Shown here in pieces: positions 39,055 to 50,739 of a stretch of DNA of 64,000 nucleotides; position 1 is the first letter of the stretch, and every line of letters begins with the position of its first letter. The stretch is from Vicugna vicugna (lineage: Eukaryota). Where the stretch lies: the NCBI GenBank assembly GCA_013265495.1, contig MU058103.1, positions 372,001 through 436,000 on the forward strand, in the 5' to 3' direction. The notes below the pieces were generated by a model. It searched no databases and was not told the origin of the DNA. It worked only from the letters and a program-made list of their open reading frames with translations. The position numbers and the translations under genes are program-made.

Positions 39055-39300
39055 TGTGTCAAATAGCGAAGAACATGAGCTGGAGAGACAGACTGAGTTC
39101 AATTTCTGATTCTATCCATTGGCAGCTGTGTGGCCTTGAGGTTGTGGCTTAACTCTCTGTTCCTCAGTATCACAATGTAAAATGGTGAGAGTAATCAAAC
39201 TTACGTCCTTAGGTTGTAGTGAGGGTAAATTGGGTTACAAATGTAAAGTGCTGAGAAGAGAAACTGACATGTAATAAATATTCAAAAAGTGCTGGTTCTT
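39055..39300 (+). mobile_element. MIR SINE, near full length
   Basis: cagctgtgtggccttgagg...ctctgttcctcagtatcacaatgtaaaatgg. Confidence 0.8.
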
Positions 39301-39465
39301 TCATGACTGGACACATTAGCAGTCCCTGGGAATCTCTTTTCCATCTCAAAGGGGAAAAAGAGACCCAGTTAGGTTTCCTACATTAAAGTCTCAACTCTAA
39401 TTCCTTTTGTTCATAGCAGTTGACTCAAGTCTGATGAATCACGGAGAACCATGAAGGATGAACAA

Positions 39466-39604
39466 GTAGTTTTCAAACTCATGTGCATCAGAATCACCCA
39501 GAGACCTTTCTAAGACACAGATTGCTGGGCTCCACCTGCAGAGTTTGTGATTCTGTAAGTCTGGGTGATGCTGATGTTGCTGTTTTGGAATCACACTTTG
39601 GAGT
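39466..39604. mobile_element. MER5A hAT element (internally shortened)
   Basis: agtagttttcaaactcatgtgcatcagaatcacccagag...cacagattgctgggctccacc. Confidence 0.8.
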
Positions 39605-39904
39605 GGAATGGACAATTAGGTCAGATTATGGAAGGCCTTGAAAAGAAGTTTAAGGAATCAGGGCTTTCTGTTGAGGAGTGAGGTAGTGATAGAAGGCAAA
39701 GAAATTAAATGAACACACTAATTTATCAGAATGTTCTTAAATGATACATAGAGATTCAGTTTTGGTGTCCAGATTCTTAATAATATTTTCCTAGAATCTC
39801 TGTTATCTTTTACCTTTTCAGACAACCATTGTCCTAATATGTCATCTCTCTAGGACCCTGTATCACTGTTGTATGATTTAGTGCTTCCTCCGTCCTTAGG
39901 AAAA

Positions 39905-40085
39905 TGATCTTAAGTTTTAGGGATAATAAAAATCAACTGAGTTGTTGTTGAATACAGATCCCTAGACCTCACAGGCACATCTGATTCGATACATTTGACA
40001 GAGAGCCCAGGATTCTGCCTTTTCTGGTGCACCCATTTTGATTTGATTCAGGTGATTTGTGAAGCGCAGGTGGGAAATGCTGTAG
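39905..40085. mobile_element. MER5-type hAT element
   Basis: aaaatcaactgag...aatacagatccctagacctcac...gagcccaggattctgc...gtgggaaatgctg. Confidence 0.6.
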
Positions 40086-40569
40086 GTTTTTGCTCCGATT
40101 CCATCTGCTATTGAAGCAAAACGGACTGTTGCATTTTGTTCATTTTGAAAATGTAATTTTTATTTTTAGGTAACCTTTCAGTTCAATTTGTTACATTTCA
40201 TTAAAATCTGCTTGGTCTACTTCTTTTTCCAATTTCAGCATTTGGTAGAAGGCATTTATAGAAAAGTGACTTGAAAGCAATTTAACCACAAGCTCAGCCA
40301 AATTAATTTAGGGAGAGTTTAGTAAACAGCCCTTGCCTTCTGTACTTAAGTGATCAATTTCAACACCTGCTTTTCCTTCCAGATGGAGTTAATTAACATT
40401 AAAATTACTGCCTATAGCTGGGGCTTTTTTTTTGATAATTCAGTCCTCCAGCTGCAACAAGATTCCTACATTTGTGAAAATTAAAACAAGGATAATCTCT
40501 ATGAGAAGCAAATTTATCATTGAATTATTTGAGGATATGCACATAAGATCTTGGAGGAAAGAAAACTAA

Positions 40570-40785
40570 CGTGTGAAGTGGACACCCTATGCCAGGCATT
40601 TTCTCACGTAAGATCTAATGCAATCCTCACCGCTTTCTCATTAAGAGGTCTGAATTTTGCCACCCATTTTTCATATAAAGAAGCTGAAGATGAAAAAACT
40701 TTTTGTAGCTTTTTGTCTGTTCCACAGTTATTAAGTGGTAGAGCCAGAATGTAAACTCCTTTTTAACCAAAGCGCCTGCTCTTTC
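40570..40785 (-). mobile_element. MIR SINE
   Basis: ccctatgccaggcatttt...ttaagtggtagagccagaatgtaaactcc. Confidence 0.7.
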
Positions 40786-40789
40786 CGCT

Positions 40790-41250
40790 ACACGGGACTG
40801 GTTTACAAACTGGCCCCTGAACACAGAGGGCAAGGACAAACCAGAGGAAGAGGTGGAGCACTCCAGATTGGTAGGTGGCAGTTTTAATAAGCAAGCAAAC
40901 TTACATACAAAGCTTATCTTTGGCAGCTCCATGACGAGGGGATCTCTGCACCTGCTGGACTCTTATACCGTCTCCAGTTTATATGGAGGTCTAAACAGGT
41001 TCAGGCATGTATTCAGTCTGGATGGTTTCAACAGCATATTACTCTCTGAAGGTTCTGTTTTTGAAATTCCCCCAGTTATGGAAACGATGAGTGGAACATA
41101 TATTCCAAGGACCGAGGAGGGAGTGAGGACCCTCCAGTTACCTGGGTCCAGCTTGCAGGTCAACGCCCTCCCTATGACCTCCTCCAAAAACTGGTCTTGG
41201 CTGAGACTGAGGTGAAAGCTGGACATTTTAAAGAAATTCCTAGGGAGTGG
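40790..41250 (-). mobile_element. ERV solo LTR-like element, family not assigned
   Basis: Minus strand has TATA-like catataaa and gtataaga followed by an ATTAAA polyA signal; ~460 bp; GC-richer than flanks. Confidence 0.55.
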
Positions 41251-42007
41251 GAGGTAAAGTATGTGATTTGGGGGTAGTTTATACAGAGATCAATATTACA
41301 TTTCAAATATTACAAATTACACACACACATATAAAATGTGTAGGAGGCCCCAATGTCATGTGGTGACACTTAAATATTCCATAATTGTAGTTTACTACCT
41401 GCATGGAGAACCTGCTGGGTGGCAGACACTGACACACTGGGCTAGGGGGTGAGGAGAGATTAAAGGGAAGAGAAAGGTAGAACCATCACTGCAGCGGAGT
41501 TTTAAGTACAATAATAAGGTATATAGAAGATACGGTGAGTTCAAAAAAGAAAGGGAGATTCAGTGAGGAAATGGTTATTTTGGGAATAAACAGTTGTTCC
41601 CAGTACTTCTCATTAAATCTTTCCATAATCTTCATTTTTATGAGATGTTTTACTGACTTAGAAATATTCTTTGCAAAATGCTGCTTTCCAAGTAAGTCTG
41701 CGGCAGTTACTCGGCTTTTTTTTTTCTTCTACTGAATCTCACAGTAACGATCTCATTCATTTAAATGTTGTAACCCAAGAAGTATAAAAAGATGGAGATC
41801 TGGATGACTGGTGTACCATTAGGAACATTATCTAGCATCATATTTTCATGAAAGGCCCTTGGCTTGCCTTAGAGGAAGCAGTGGCTTCTTTCTTTGCAAA
41901 ATTGTTTGCTGATAGGAGCTATCAGGGAATAGAGTTAAAATGCTGTTCTAATGGGCACATCTGATACACAGAGAGGGATATATGTACAGAATATACCTAT
42001 ATACATA

Positions 42008-42660
42008 CTAGTCCATTATCATTATTTGCGGTTGTTAACATTCTATAACTTTAACAAACACTACACTAGCAAAAACTAAACCACTCCTCCTAGGAGAAAT
42101 ATAGGGTGAGGTTCTTGTGAACCTCTGGTCATAATATTTTTTTCCCCAACTGATCAATACATAACCTTGTCTGTTGTGTGAAGACATCTTATTTATTATA
42201 TGTTGTTAATTCCTTAACTTTAAACTCGCAGTCAACAGCACAATATCTCAGTGCTGAACAAAGCTTATCTAACACCTGTATTTTCTCCATAAAGCACATC
42301 ACAGCCTTCTAGTGCTTAGAACACTTGACAGCACTTAAGCATTTGTGCCTGAGGTGGGTGTGTGTGTGTAGGGGGGATTTAAAACAGTGAATTCACCAAT
42401 ACAAAGCACAAAAATGAGAAGAATGTGGTACTAATTAGACCATGAAGGAACACACTTGTTTTCTGAGCTGAAACAAGAAAGCAGAGCATTGCCTTATTGG
42501 ACCTCAGCTGGAAACCTGTACACTGGGTGACCCAAACTTTCCACCACCCTGTGCATGTCAAATGACTGCAAGAGTGTCAGGAATATAGATTTTGAGATTC
42601 CAAATGTATTTTAGCTAATGCATACGTCTGTAAATACAGACTCCGCAAATAATGTAGACA
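42008..42660. mobile_element. TcMar-Tigger element (Tigger8-like), about 650 bp
   Basis: attatttgcgg / ccgcaaataat inverted termini; internal ctcagctggaaac and aagcttatctaacac match the recalled consensus. Confidence 0.8.
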
Positions 42661-43184
42661 CACACACCCTCTATTCATATCATTTAAAATTTATTTAAAA
42701 TATAGTAATAACCTCAGTAACAACAATGTAACCTCCCCACCAGAGAATGTTTTTTATGGCATATTTTGTTTGGAAAAAATTGGCTTAGAGCAGTTAATTT
42801 CCCCATTGGATTTACAAGCAAAAAGAGAGTGATCTGACATAGACAAGGATATCTCTCAACTCAGCGGCTCCGGTTTCTGATCCTATTTGAAGTTTTCTAG
42901 CGCTTATCAAACTCTCCAAGGCACTCCGTAACTTCAAGAGGGAAGAGTTAAGTGACTCTTGGGAGACGTAATATAAAATTGGGTATTTGGTGTTGAAAAA
43001 TTTGACCTGTGTCTTCATCTCCAATCTTCTCTCATCTAAATTGTCCAAAACAGTAAAGCAAAGGGAGGTGATTCAATAGACAGATTTTTTAACAAGGAAC
43101 GGGGTGTGGCTGTGAAGTATCCTTTGGTTTTTGTTCTGTTTTAATCAAAATCCTAGGAAAATAGGCTAGGAATATTTAATGCCT

Positions 43185-43615
43185 GTTGCATCACTGAGCT
43201 ATTGCTATGCAAGAAAACTTCCCCAAACTCAGTGACTGAAAACACAAACTGTTCATTCTCACTCACGTATCTTTGGGTTGGTCGGGCATCCTCTGGGCTT
43301 GGCTGGGCAGTGCTGCTTCTTGCTGCAGGTCGGGAAGTGGGTTTGCCCCATGCAGCTCTCATCCGCTGGGCAGTCCAGGGCTAGCATGGAGCCGCAAAAG
43401 CTCCATGCTCCACCCAAGGCATCGGCTTGGAATTGTCGTGCTGTCTCCTCTACCTTTGTCTACAGGTCAAAGTAAGTCACAGGGCTCAACCCAAATGCAA
43501 AGAGTAGGAAAGTATACTTTTCCTCTTTAGAAGGAGCAACTGCAAAGTTACACAGTAAAGGACATGGCTCCAGGGAGGCACAGGGAATTAAGAGTCACAG
43601 ATTCAATTGACCATG
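43185..43615 (-). mobile_element. MaLR LTR (MLT1H-like)
   Basis: ctattgctatgcaagaaaacttccccaaactcagtgactgaaaac...ggtcaaagtaagtcac...gcaactgcaaagttacac; explains four overlapping ORFs. Confidence 0.75.
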
Positions 43616-44019
43616 CCTGCTACATGTTTGCACTGAGCTGATAGTGCTTCTTATGTCTGAACAGACAGGATCCATGCTCTCCTCCCTCTTCTGTCTTTCT
43701 CTCTATCCCTCTTTGGCATGGATGTTTATTATCCTGAATATATAATGAGAATACTGAGGATCAGAGGGTCAAAGTCAGTTGCTCAAAGTTAGTAAGTAAC
43801 AGAACCACCTTTCATAGGAAGGATTACCAGAATTCAGACCTGAGCTCTTAACTGCAGCACTGTTTTGTCTTAAGAATGAGATGCCTAGTACATAGTAAAG
43901 CCAGAAATCAACCCCAGACTTGTCTTTCTTTCAAAGCTCATCTTCTCTCATACCATGCATCATCTTTTATATATAAAAGAAACCTTAATGGAAAGAGCTC
44001 ACTTACTAAAATAATCGAT

Positions 44020-44889
44020 TTCTTGCCCCTCTTTCTCTCAGAACCCATATCTAATATGTCAGGTATTCTCAAATTTATACTATCCTATTTATACTATCTT
44101 TCAAATTCTACAATAATCAATAGTTTCTCACCATTTCCATCACTGTTACCATGGCCCAAGCCACCACCATCTTTCATCAGGATGACTGTAGTAACTTAAC
44201 TCATCTCTGCTTACACCTTACCTAAAACCTGGATCCAATGCTCAAAAGAGCAGCCAAGGTGATCCTTTTAATAAGGATTAATTTTGGGTCAAAATTCTGC
44301 TATGGCTCCCCACTGTACTTGGAGTAAAATTCAGCCTCTTTCCAGTGGCCTGAAAAGCCCTTCCTAACCAGATCATTCCACTCCTCTCCTGATTGGGCTC
44401 CATCTCCTGCTACTTCCCCGTCATTCATTCTACTTCAGCCACACTGGTCACCTTGCCATTTCTCAAAAAAGTCAGATAAGCTCCAGTCCTTTGTACTAGA
44501 ATGTTCTCCTGGGATTAATCTTTATGGAAATACTCATCTATTCACCTTCCTCTTCTCTGTCACTTGGTTGCTGAAATGTCAGTGCACCTTCCTTGACCAC
44601 CCAATGTGAAAACTCCCTCCTCCCAGGCTCCATGTCAGCTTCTACCTGGTAACCCTCAGTCCCTTTATCCTACTATACTTTTTCTTTTCTCCCTAACACT
44701 TTTAATCTTACAACAAGTCATGTCATGTAACCTCCTGTTATGATTATTGCTTATTGTCCGTCACTCATTGTTAGCATATAAACTCAAGAGGGCAAGTTCT
44801 TAGTCTGTGCTGTTTACTGTTGTATCCTAAATAGTAAAAAGTGTGTTTACAACATAACTGAAGAAATATTTGTTGAACCAATGAATGAA
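44020..44889 (+). mobile_element. L2a 3' end
   Basis: Long, well preserved L2 3' region ending atatttgttgaaccaatgaatgaa. Confidence 0.85.
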
Positions 44890-45456
44890 CTGCTCACTAA
44901 TGCAGGGTTCCCATAGTGTATAAAATCTGGAAAAAGACCAGTGTGATTTTGTAATGAAGGCAGGATCGACAAACCACTACCTTTGTGACTTGGAGCAAAT
45001 TAATATTTAAGAGTCCCAGTTTTTTCTGAACTGATAAGCAGACTGTCAAGGTCTCACAAAACAACCTTCATTTTTGATAGTTTCATGGTAATTAGAATTC
45101 CAACATCTGGCCTCTGGAGTTTTGCCAAGAACTGGGAGTTTACCAAAAGAGGGAAAATGTAGTTTCTGATCACACAGATTCCAACTACATTTTCCAGATT
45201 CATTTATAGCTTCTCTTCAAATGGAGAACTGCCATTTACAACAAGCCTTCCTTCCTCCTGCCTTCCCTCTGCAGCCAGTTATCTTCCTTCAGTCCAGCAT
45301 GTAACACAATTATTTCTCTAATTGTTAGCAGTCCCTGTCGGTGGAGGAAGATCAGGAGTACATTGGCTTTTAGCTAGATTTAAGGTGGCAGGCAAAGACA
45401 GTGTGGCTGCTGCCATTCCTTGACTGGGATTCTAGCTGGACATGGGAGAGGGGGAA

Positions 45457-45850
45457 TGTGTAACTTTAGCTTAGCTAAAGCTGCCATGAAAAAAGTACCA
45501 CAGACTGGGTGATGAAAACAATAGAAATGTACTTTCTTACAGTTCTGGGGACAAGAAGTCTAAGATTATGGTGTCAGCAGGGTTGATTTCTTCTGAGGCC
45601 TCTCTTCCTGGCCTGTAGATGTCTGTCTTCTCCCTGTGTCTTCACATGGTCCTCCTTCTGTGTGTGCTCATGTCTGTCTCTGAATTTCTTCTTCTTGTAA
45701 GGGCACCAGTCATATTGTATGAGGGCTGACTCTAATGACCTCATTTAACCTTAATAACTTCTGTAAAGTCCCTATCTCCAAATGCAGTCGCATTCTGGGG
45801 TTCTGGGGGTTAGGACTCCAATATAAGAACCTCAAGGGGACACTGAGCCC
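45457..45850 (-). mobile_element. MaLR solo LTR (MLT1B-like)
   Basis: gctgccatgaaaaaagtaccacagactgggt...atgacctcatttaacctt...gggggttaggactcc. Confidence 0.85.
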
Positions 45851-46881
45851 CTACGTGGGAGTAATATGAATGAAGAGAGGAAGAAATCTACTGTCTATGT
45901 TTGTTTTAAAAATGCTTTCTTACTACTTCTTTGCTGTCATGAGTAGAGCCATCCTTTGAGTGTAAATTTACTAGGACCAGCCAGCCATTCAAAATGGAAA
46001 ATACTCATTTGGAATATAAGGGCGTGTATAAATGTATGGATGGGGGATAGGTGTTCATTAAATATTGAAATGTACTGTGAGGTACACAGAGCCACTGTCA
46101 AAGATTCAAAAATGGACAAGGAATAGATGACTGTGAAATAATAGTAAAATTTCTTATTAGTAACCCCTTTCTGTCACAAATAGACTTGTTTCCCAGTTTT
46201 GAGTGTATCCTGTCTTGCCAAAAAGAGTAAAATGAATATTTCTCTGAATAGCTGAGTGTGTAGGAAGTCAGTCTGTCCTCTTGTTTCTAATGATATCACA
46301 CATTGGATAACTAAGAGTCAAATAATGAAACCGTTGCATGGATCCTCTTACTTCAGCCATCTACACTGACATCAGACCGTTCTCTACAACACTTTCCAGA
46401 CTCATCGTTTGAACTCATTTCCCAAGGATTGTAAACCTGGCCTGATGCATCTCTCTGGCTAATTCCAAGCTATTATTCTTTCTCATTTAGCATTTCAACC
46501 TTCTGATCTATAAGCAAAAATTAGGTTCCAGAAATCTTGCTATCACTTAACATATATGTAAAGCATCAATAAAAATCAACAAATACTTGTCTTGCTACTT
46601 TTAAAATTATAACATTTTACATTTATTATCACATTTTTAGGTATCGATCTTATATGTACAATATATTTTAGATTTACTGTACAATTAAAAATAATTACTC
46701 TGAGTCTCATCTGTCATCATTCTGGGGCTGAGAAGTCCACAGGCTTTTGGGGGGTGACTTTAAATCACATAACTTGTTCTGAAGTTAAGGGCTCTAATTA
46801 TTCAGTCCCTGTGATTCTCTGTATTTCACTGACATGTGTGAGATTTGATATTTCTGAGTAGGAACTCTCAAGGTGTTTTAC

Positions 46882-47069
46882 CAGGAGTTAGCAAATTGTG
46901 TCCTGGGACCAAATCATTGTCAAATGGCTAATTTTGTCAATAAAGTTTATTTGGAATGCAGCCATACCAATTTGTTTACTTACAGATAATTAAGTAGTTG
47001 AAGAAGAAACTGAATGCTTATAAAGCCTAAAATATTCACTGTCTCTTTGCAGACTTTTGTCAATCCCTA
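46882..47069. mobile_element. MER58A hAT element
   Basis: caggagttagcaaa...aagcctaaaatattcact...aatcccta; degenerate 8-bp TSD tgttttac / tgttataa. Confidence 0.85.
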
Positions 47070-47428
47070 TGTTATAAAAAAATTACAATAAACATGACCA
47101 TCTCTATATTTATCACCTCTGGTTAGACAACAACTAAGTGGGCACAGACTAACTCGAATTATTTTTATCTTTAATACATTTTAATTCTAGTTGATGCCTC
47201 TAAAGAATTTCCTGAATTCTTTGCCATTAACTTTTACGATCATTGCAGACAGATTTGCCAGTTTATGGAGAATCTATGGTCATTATTGTCATTGAAATGC
47301 ACTTTGTCTAAAAAACATGTATTTAAATTGTAGGTGAGTTAATATAGTTCTAAGAATAATGATTTCTAAGTTTACTGTGAAATATCAGTTTTTATATGTT
47401 TACTTTTATTATTTTTTTATTCTTTCAG

Positions 47429-47472
47429 TGTCAATATTGTTTGGAGTTGGGTGCTGAGCTGTCAACTGACTG
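47429..47472 (+). other. Candidate 44-nt internal exon of an unidentified transcript
   Basis: Acceptor tacttttattatttttttattctttcag|T and consensus donor CTG|GTAAGT in transposon-poor flanks; no transcript evidence available. Confidence 0.5.
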
Positions 47473-50134
47473 GTAAGTGACATCACATTTCTTAATATGA
47501 TGCATTTTTTTTTAAAAAAAGTAGAGCTATTTTGTCACCCTGGTCCTCAAAGCTATGAACTAAGAGCTGATTAACGGGGATTACTATCCCATTCCTACAC
47601 ATGTGCAGATGAAGTTTCTAGAGAAATACTTTTTGTTTGTTTTTTTATCCCTTACTGACTAAGACGAAAGGTGAAACAGTTCAATCTTGAAAGTGGCTAA
47701 AGATAATTGAATTACATGATTTGGAGAACATTTGATGTTTGTGTCATCATGAATTACATTTTAAAAGAAAACAAGGATCTATATAAATAAAGGAAAGGAG
47801 GAAAAGTAGAGAAACTAACTTGAGAGAAACTATGAATTTTTAATTTCTGTGAACAACATAATTTGCATGGAGTCTATATTTTTAAAATTTCTTAGCACTC
47901 CATGAAAAATATGGAATGTCTCTGAAATTCTTTCTTCGCATATATGGCTTAGAAATATGGAAATGAGTGATTCATTCTTGTTCTAGAATTTGAATGGGAT
48001 GAAGCATTTAGTTTCTTTTATGTGTCAAAGTAATAAACTTTTGTCAGAAAATGTTAGGTTTTCCGGTATTGTAGTATGCACATTTAATACTCAAGTTTAC
48101 TAGAACTTGTTGATTTTATCTGGAGTTCAATTTCAAACTAGGTATTTTTTTGTGAGTTGATTTAATAATTTCAGTGGCAGATGGTATTTTCTGTTGTTAT
48201 TCATGTAGCATTCAAGTTGAAATAACCGTAATTGTGAAGTCATTGGTTTTGTGATAAACCAGGGGAAATCTAGTTTCTTTCTTAATAAATGATTTAGATG
48301 TTCTGTGGATCTGTGCTTCTTGTGGATCTGTGCAGCTTAGCTGAGAAATAATACAACAGGAAGAATTTATTCTTGGCTTAAGTGCATGATAAGTCAGACG
48401 GGTTATTCAAAGGAATTGATGTTTGCCTCTTTCTGTTACTTCATTGAATAATGCAAGATACCTTAGGAGAGTCACTGGAAATACAATTACATGTAAGTTT
48501 TAATGGTGATTTAGAAATTGGAATTTATATGGTATCTATATATGATATTTTTCTTTTAGAAAGACATTTTAGCAATGCATTTTTAATCATCTCCTTTGAG
48601 AATGCAAGAGGAAATATTATGAGTCAAAATAGAATACTACTTATTCTATATCACCTAACCTTGTTATAATTTTATAATAAAGTTGGCTTGTTCCCATAGC
48701 ATTTCTCTTTTAAATATATATTTTGCAAGTGAGACAATGCTGTCTGATATGACCACAGGCAAATATGATAATATTGAGGAATTATAACCTACATTCTAAG
48801 TATCAGTTGAGGACATGCTGAAATAAAAGGGTTATGAATTTTAAAAGATGGCTGGTGAAAACCGAGAAAAATTAGAATGAATAAAAGGGAAACAGAAATA
48901 ATATCAATGCATATAAAATATAGGAGTTGCAAAGGGAGAGGCCATATCATTGTGTACAAACTGGAGTATTTTGATGTGAAAATGTTATCTATAAAGTAAA
49001 AGTTTAGAGGATCTGATGATATGTTTGGTTGTTCAGCATATTTATATTACTGTTTTTTTAAATTATGAGACATGTTGAGACATCTTTCTTGAAACTGTGT
49101 GACACATGTGTTTGTTACCTTAAGTAGATACTATCTGAATAGCAGTCATATTAGAGAGAGCCCTGATACAGTGGACTGCAGAATAATGCTATAGAGGCCT
49201 CTTGAAATTTAGTCTGGGAAGAACTAGTCATTAATGAGCCATGGTGGTGAAACTGAACAACCATTTAATGAGCCCAAAGAAGCAGGCTTGGGTTTTGGTT
49301 CCTTCATCTCTCAAAAGGAGAGCCATTTTTAGTGCTGGCATTTCTGTATTTTATTTAACACCACAATAAAGAATTCATAAGGAATATATAAATCTGAATG
49401 TTAAATCTGGAGAAAAATAATGACTTATTTGTGGTGCTGACCTGGAAACATGAGAAACTGACTTATATGACTCAGACTCTTCATATGGATGGAGGAGTAC
49501 GTTTAACTTTTATAGGTAAGCAGCAATTTCCCAATTAGTAATAACATGATGAATTCAAATGTCAAGAACTGTTGTATCAAAGGCTTACTCTCGGGTCTAA
49601 AATGATTCCCTCTCGCAATGTAAGAATTTCTAACTGGCTTCTTTATTCTTTCTGATGTATAAACCCTGATGAACAAGAAATCATTTGTCTAAATTAATTT
49701 GTTAACATTTCCCAGCCACACAATTCTTACTAAAATTTGTTTTCTTGATAATGCCACATACCAATAAAAAGTCCAAAAGGATATATGAATTCACTGAAAG
49801 TAATCAATAGTTTCAGGTTAGCATTTGTCATTAAAAATTATGACTGAAGACATAATGTGGATGTTGATGCCTGTTGTAAATAAGCAGAAGTGACGTGTTG
49901 TCACTGTATATTCTCCCATGGCTGTAAGGTCTATGAGGATAGACACTCTGCTTTACTACTGAATCTTGAATAGAAAGTATTTGGAATATAATGTATCTTA
50001 ATAAATATTTGTTGATTTAATAAACTAATCAGTTATATTTATGAGGATAAGACTCTGGGTAAATAGTGTTATTATTATCATTGTTGTTTAATTGTAGCGT
50101 ATACAAAATAACATCCTTGGTTTTGGTAAAGAAG

Positions 50135-50340
50135 CAGTATTGCATATGATTAAGAGCAAGGACTCTGGATATAGAATTTCTGGTTGAAAATTTTGGCTTA
50201 TACAAAGCATATGACCTGTGCCTCTCTGTGTTACATTTTCATCATCTCCAAGTGCCGAATGAATGAATCCTTGAACTGTGTCTAGAGATGTTCCTGTCAC
50301 TCAGTAAGCACAGTGTAGTTGTTAGTGGCTATTATTATTT
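50135..50340 (+). mobile_element. MIR SINE
   Basis: gattaagagcaaggactctgga...cagtaagcacagtgtagttgttagtggctattattatt. Confidence 0.7.
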
Positions 50341-50614
50341 TTTTATGTTGCTGTTGTTAGAAATCAGGCATGTCTTCCAGGCTTAAGGGTTTTGTATTTT
50401 AGTGGGAGAAATAGATATTAACAAAAGTAACTCTAATACTGTAAAGTATGGTACATTTCAGGAACTTGAAATGGGAAGAACACTAGGGACACTTAATGAG
50501 TGAGAATTTGAAGTTGTTTCATGAATGAGGTAGCTCTTTAGCTTGGCCCTGAATAATTTCACATTACTGGGAAATTTGTCATGTACATGTCAGCATCAGA
50601 AAAGAGCAAGGACT

Positions 50615-50739
50615 GGGGGGGTGGGTAGGGGAGGTGGGGAAGAGCTCAGTGGCAGAGCACATGCCTAGTATGCATGAGGTCCTGGATTCATCCCCAGTAA
50701 CTCCATTAAAAAAAAGGAGAAAAAGAAAAGAAAAGAAAA
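50615..50739 (+). mobile_element. tRNA-Ala(AGC)-derived SINE (Vic-1 type, camelid)
   Basis: agctcagtggcagagcacatgcctagtatgcatgaggtcctggattcatccccagtaactcca follows tRNA-Ala; A box, damaged B box, A-rich tail. Confidence 0.85.

Noticed and set aside
39679-39687. TGAGGTAGT, the let-7 5' end
   Set aside because: Match is only 9 nt, diverges immediately, has no hairpin partner and lies in an L2 fragment.
48304-48333. 13-bp direct repeat tgtggatctgtgc x2
   Set aside because: Simple slippage duplication with only two copies.
50636-50705. Functional tRNA-Ala gene
   Set aside because: Anticodon loop altered (tagtatg), B box damaged, A-rich tail instead of a T4 terminator: a SINE copy.
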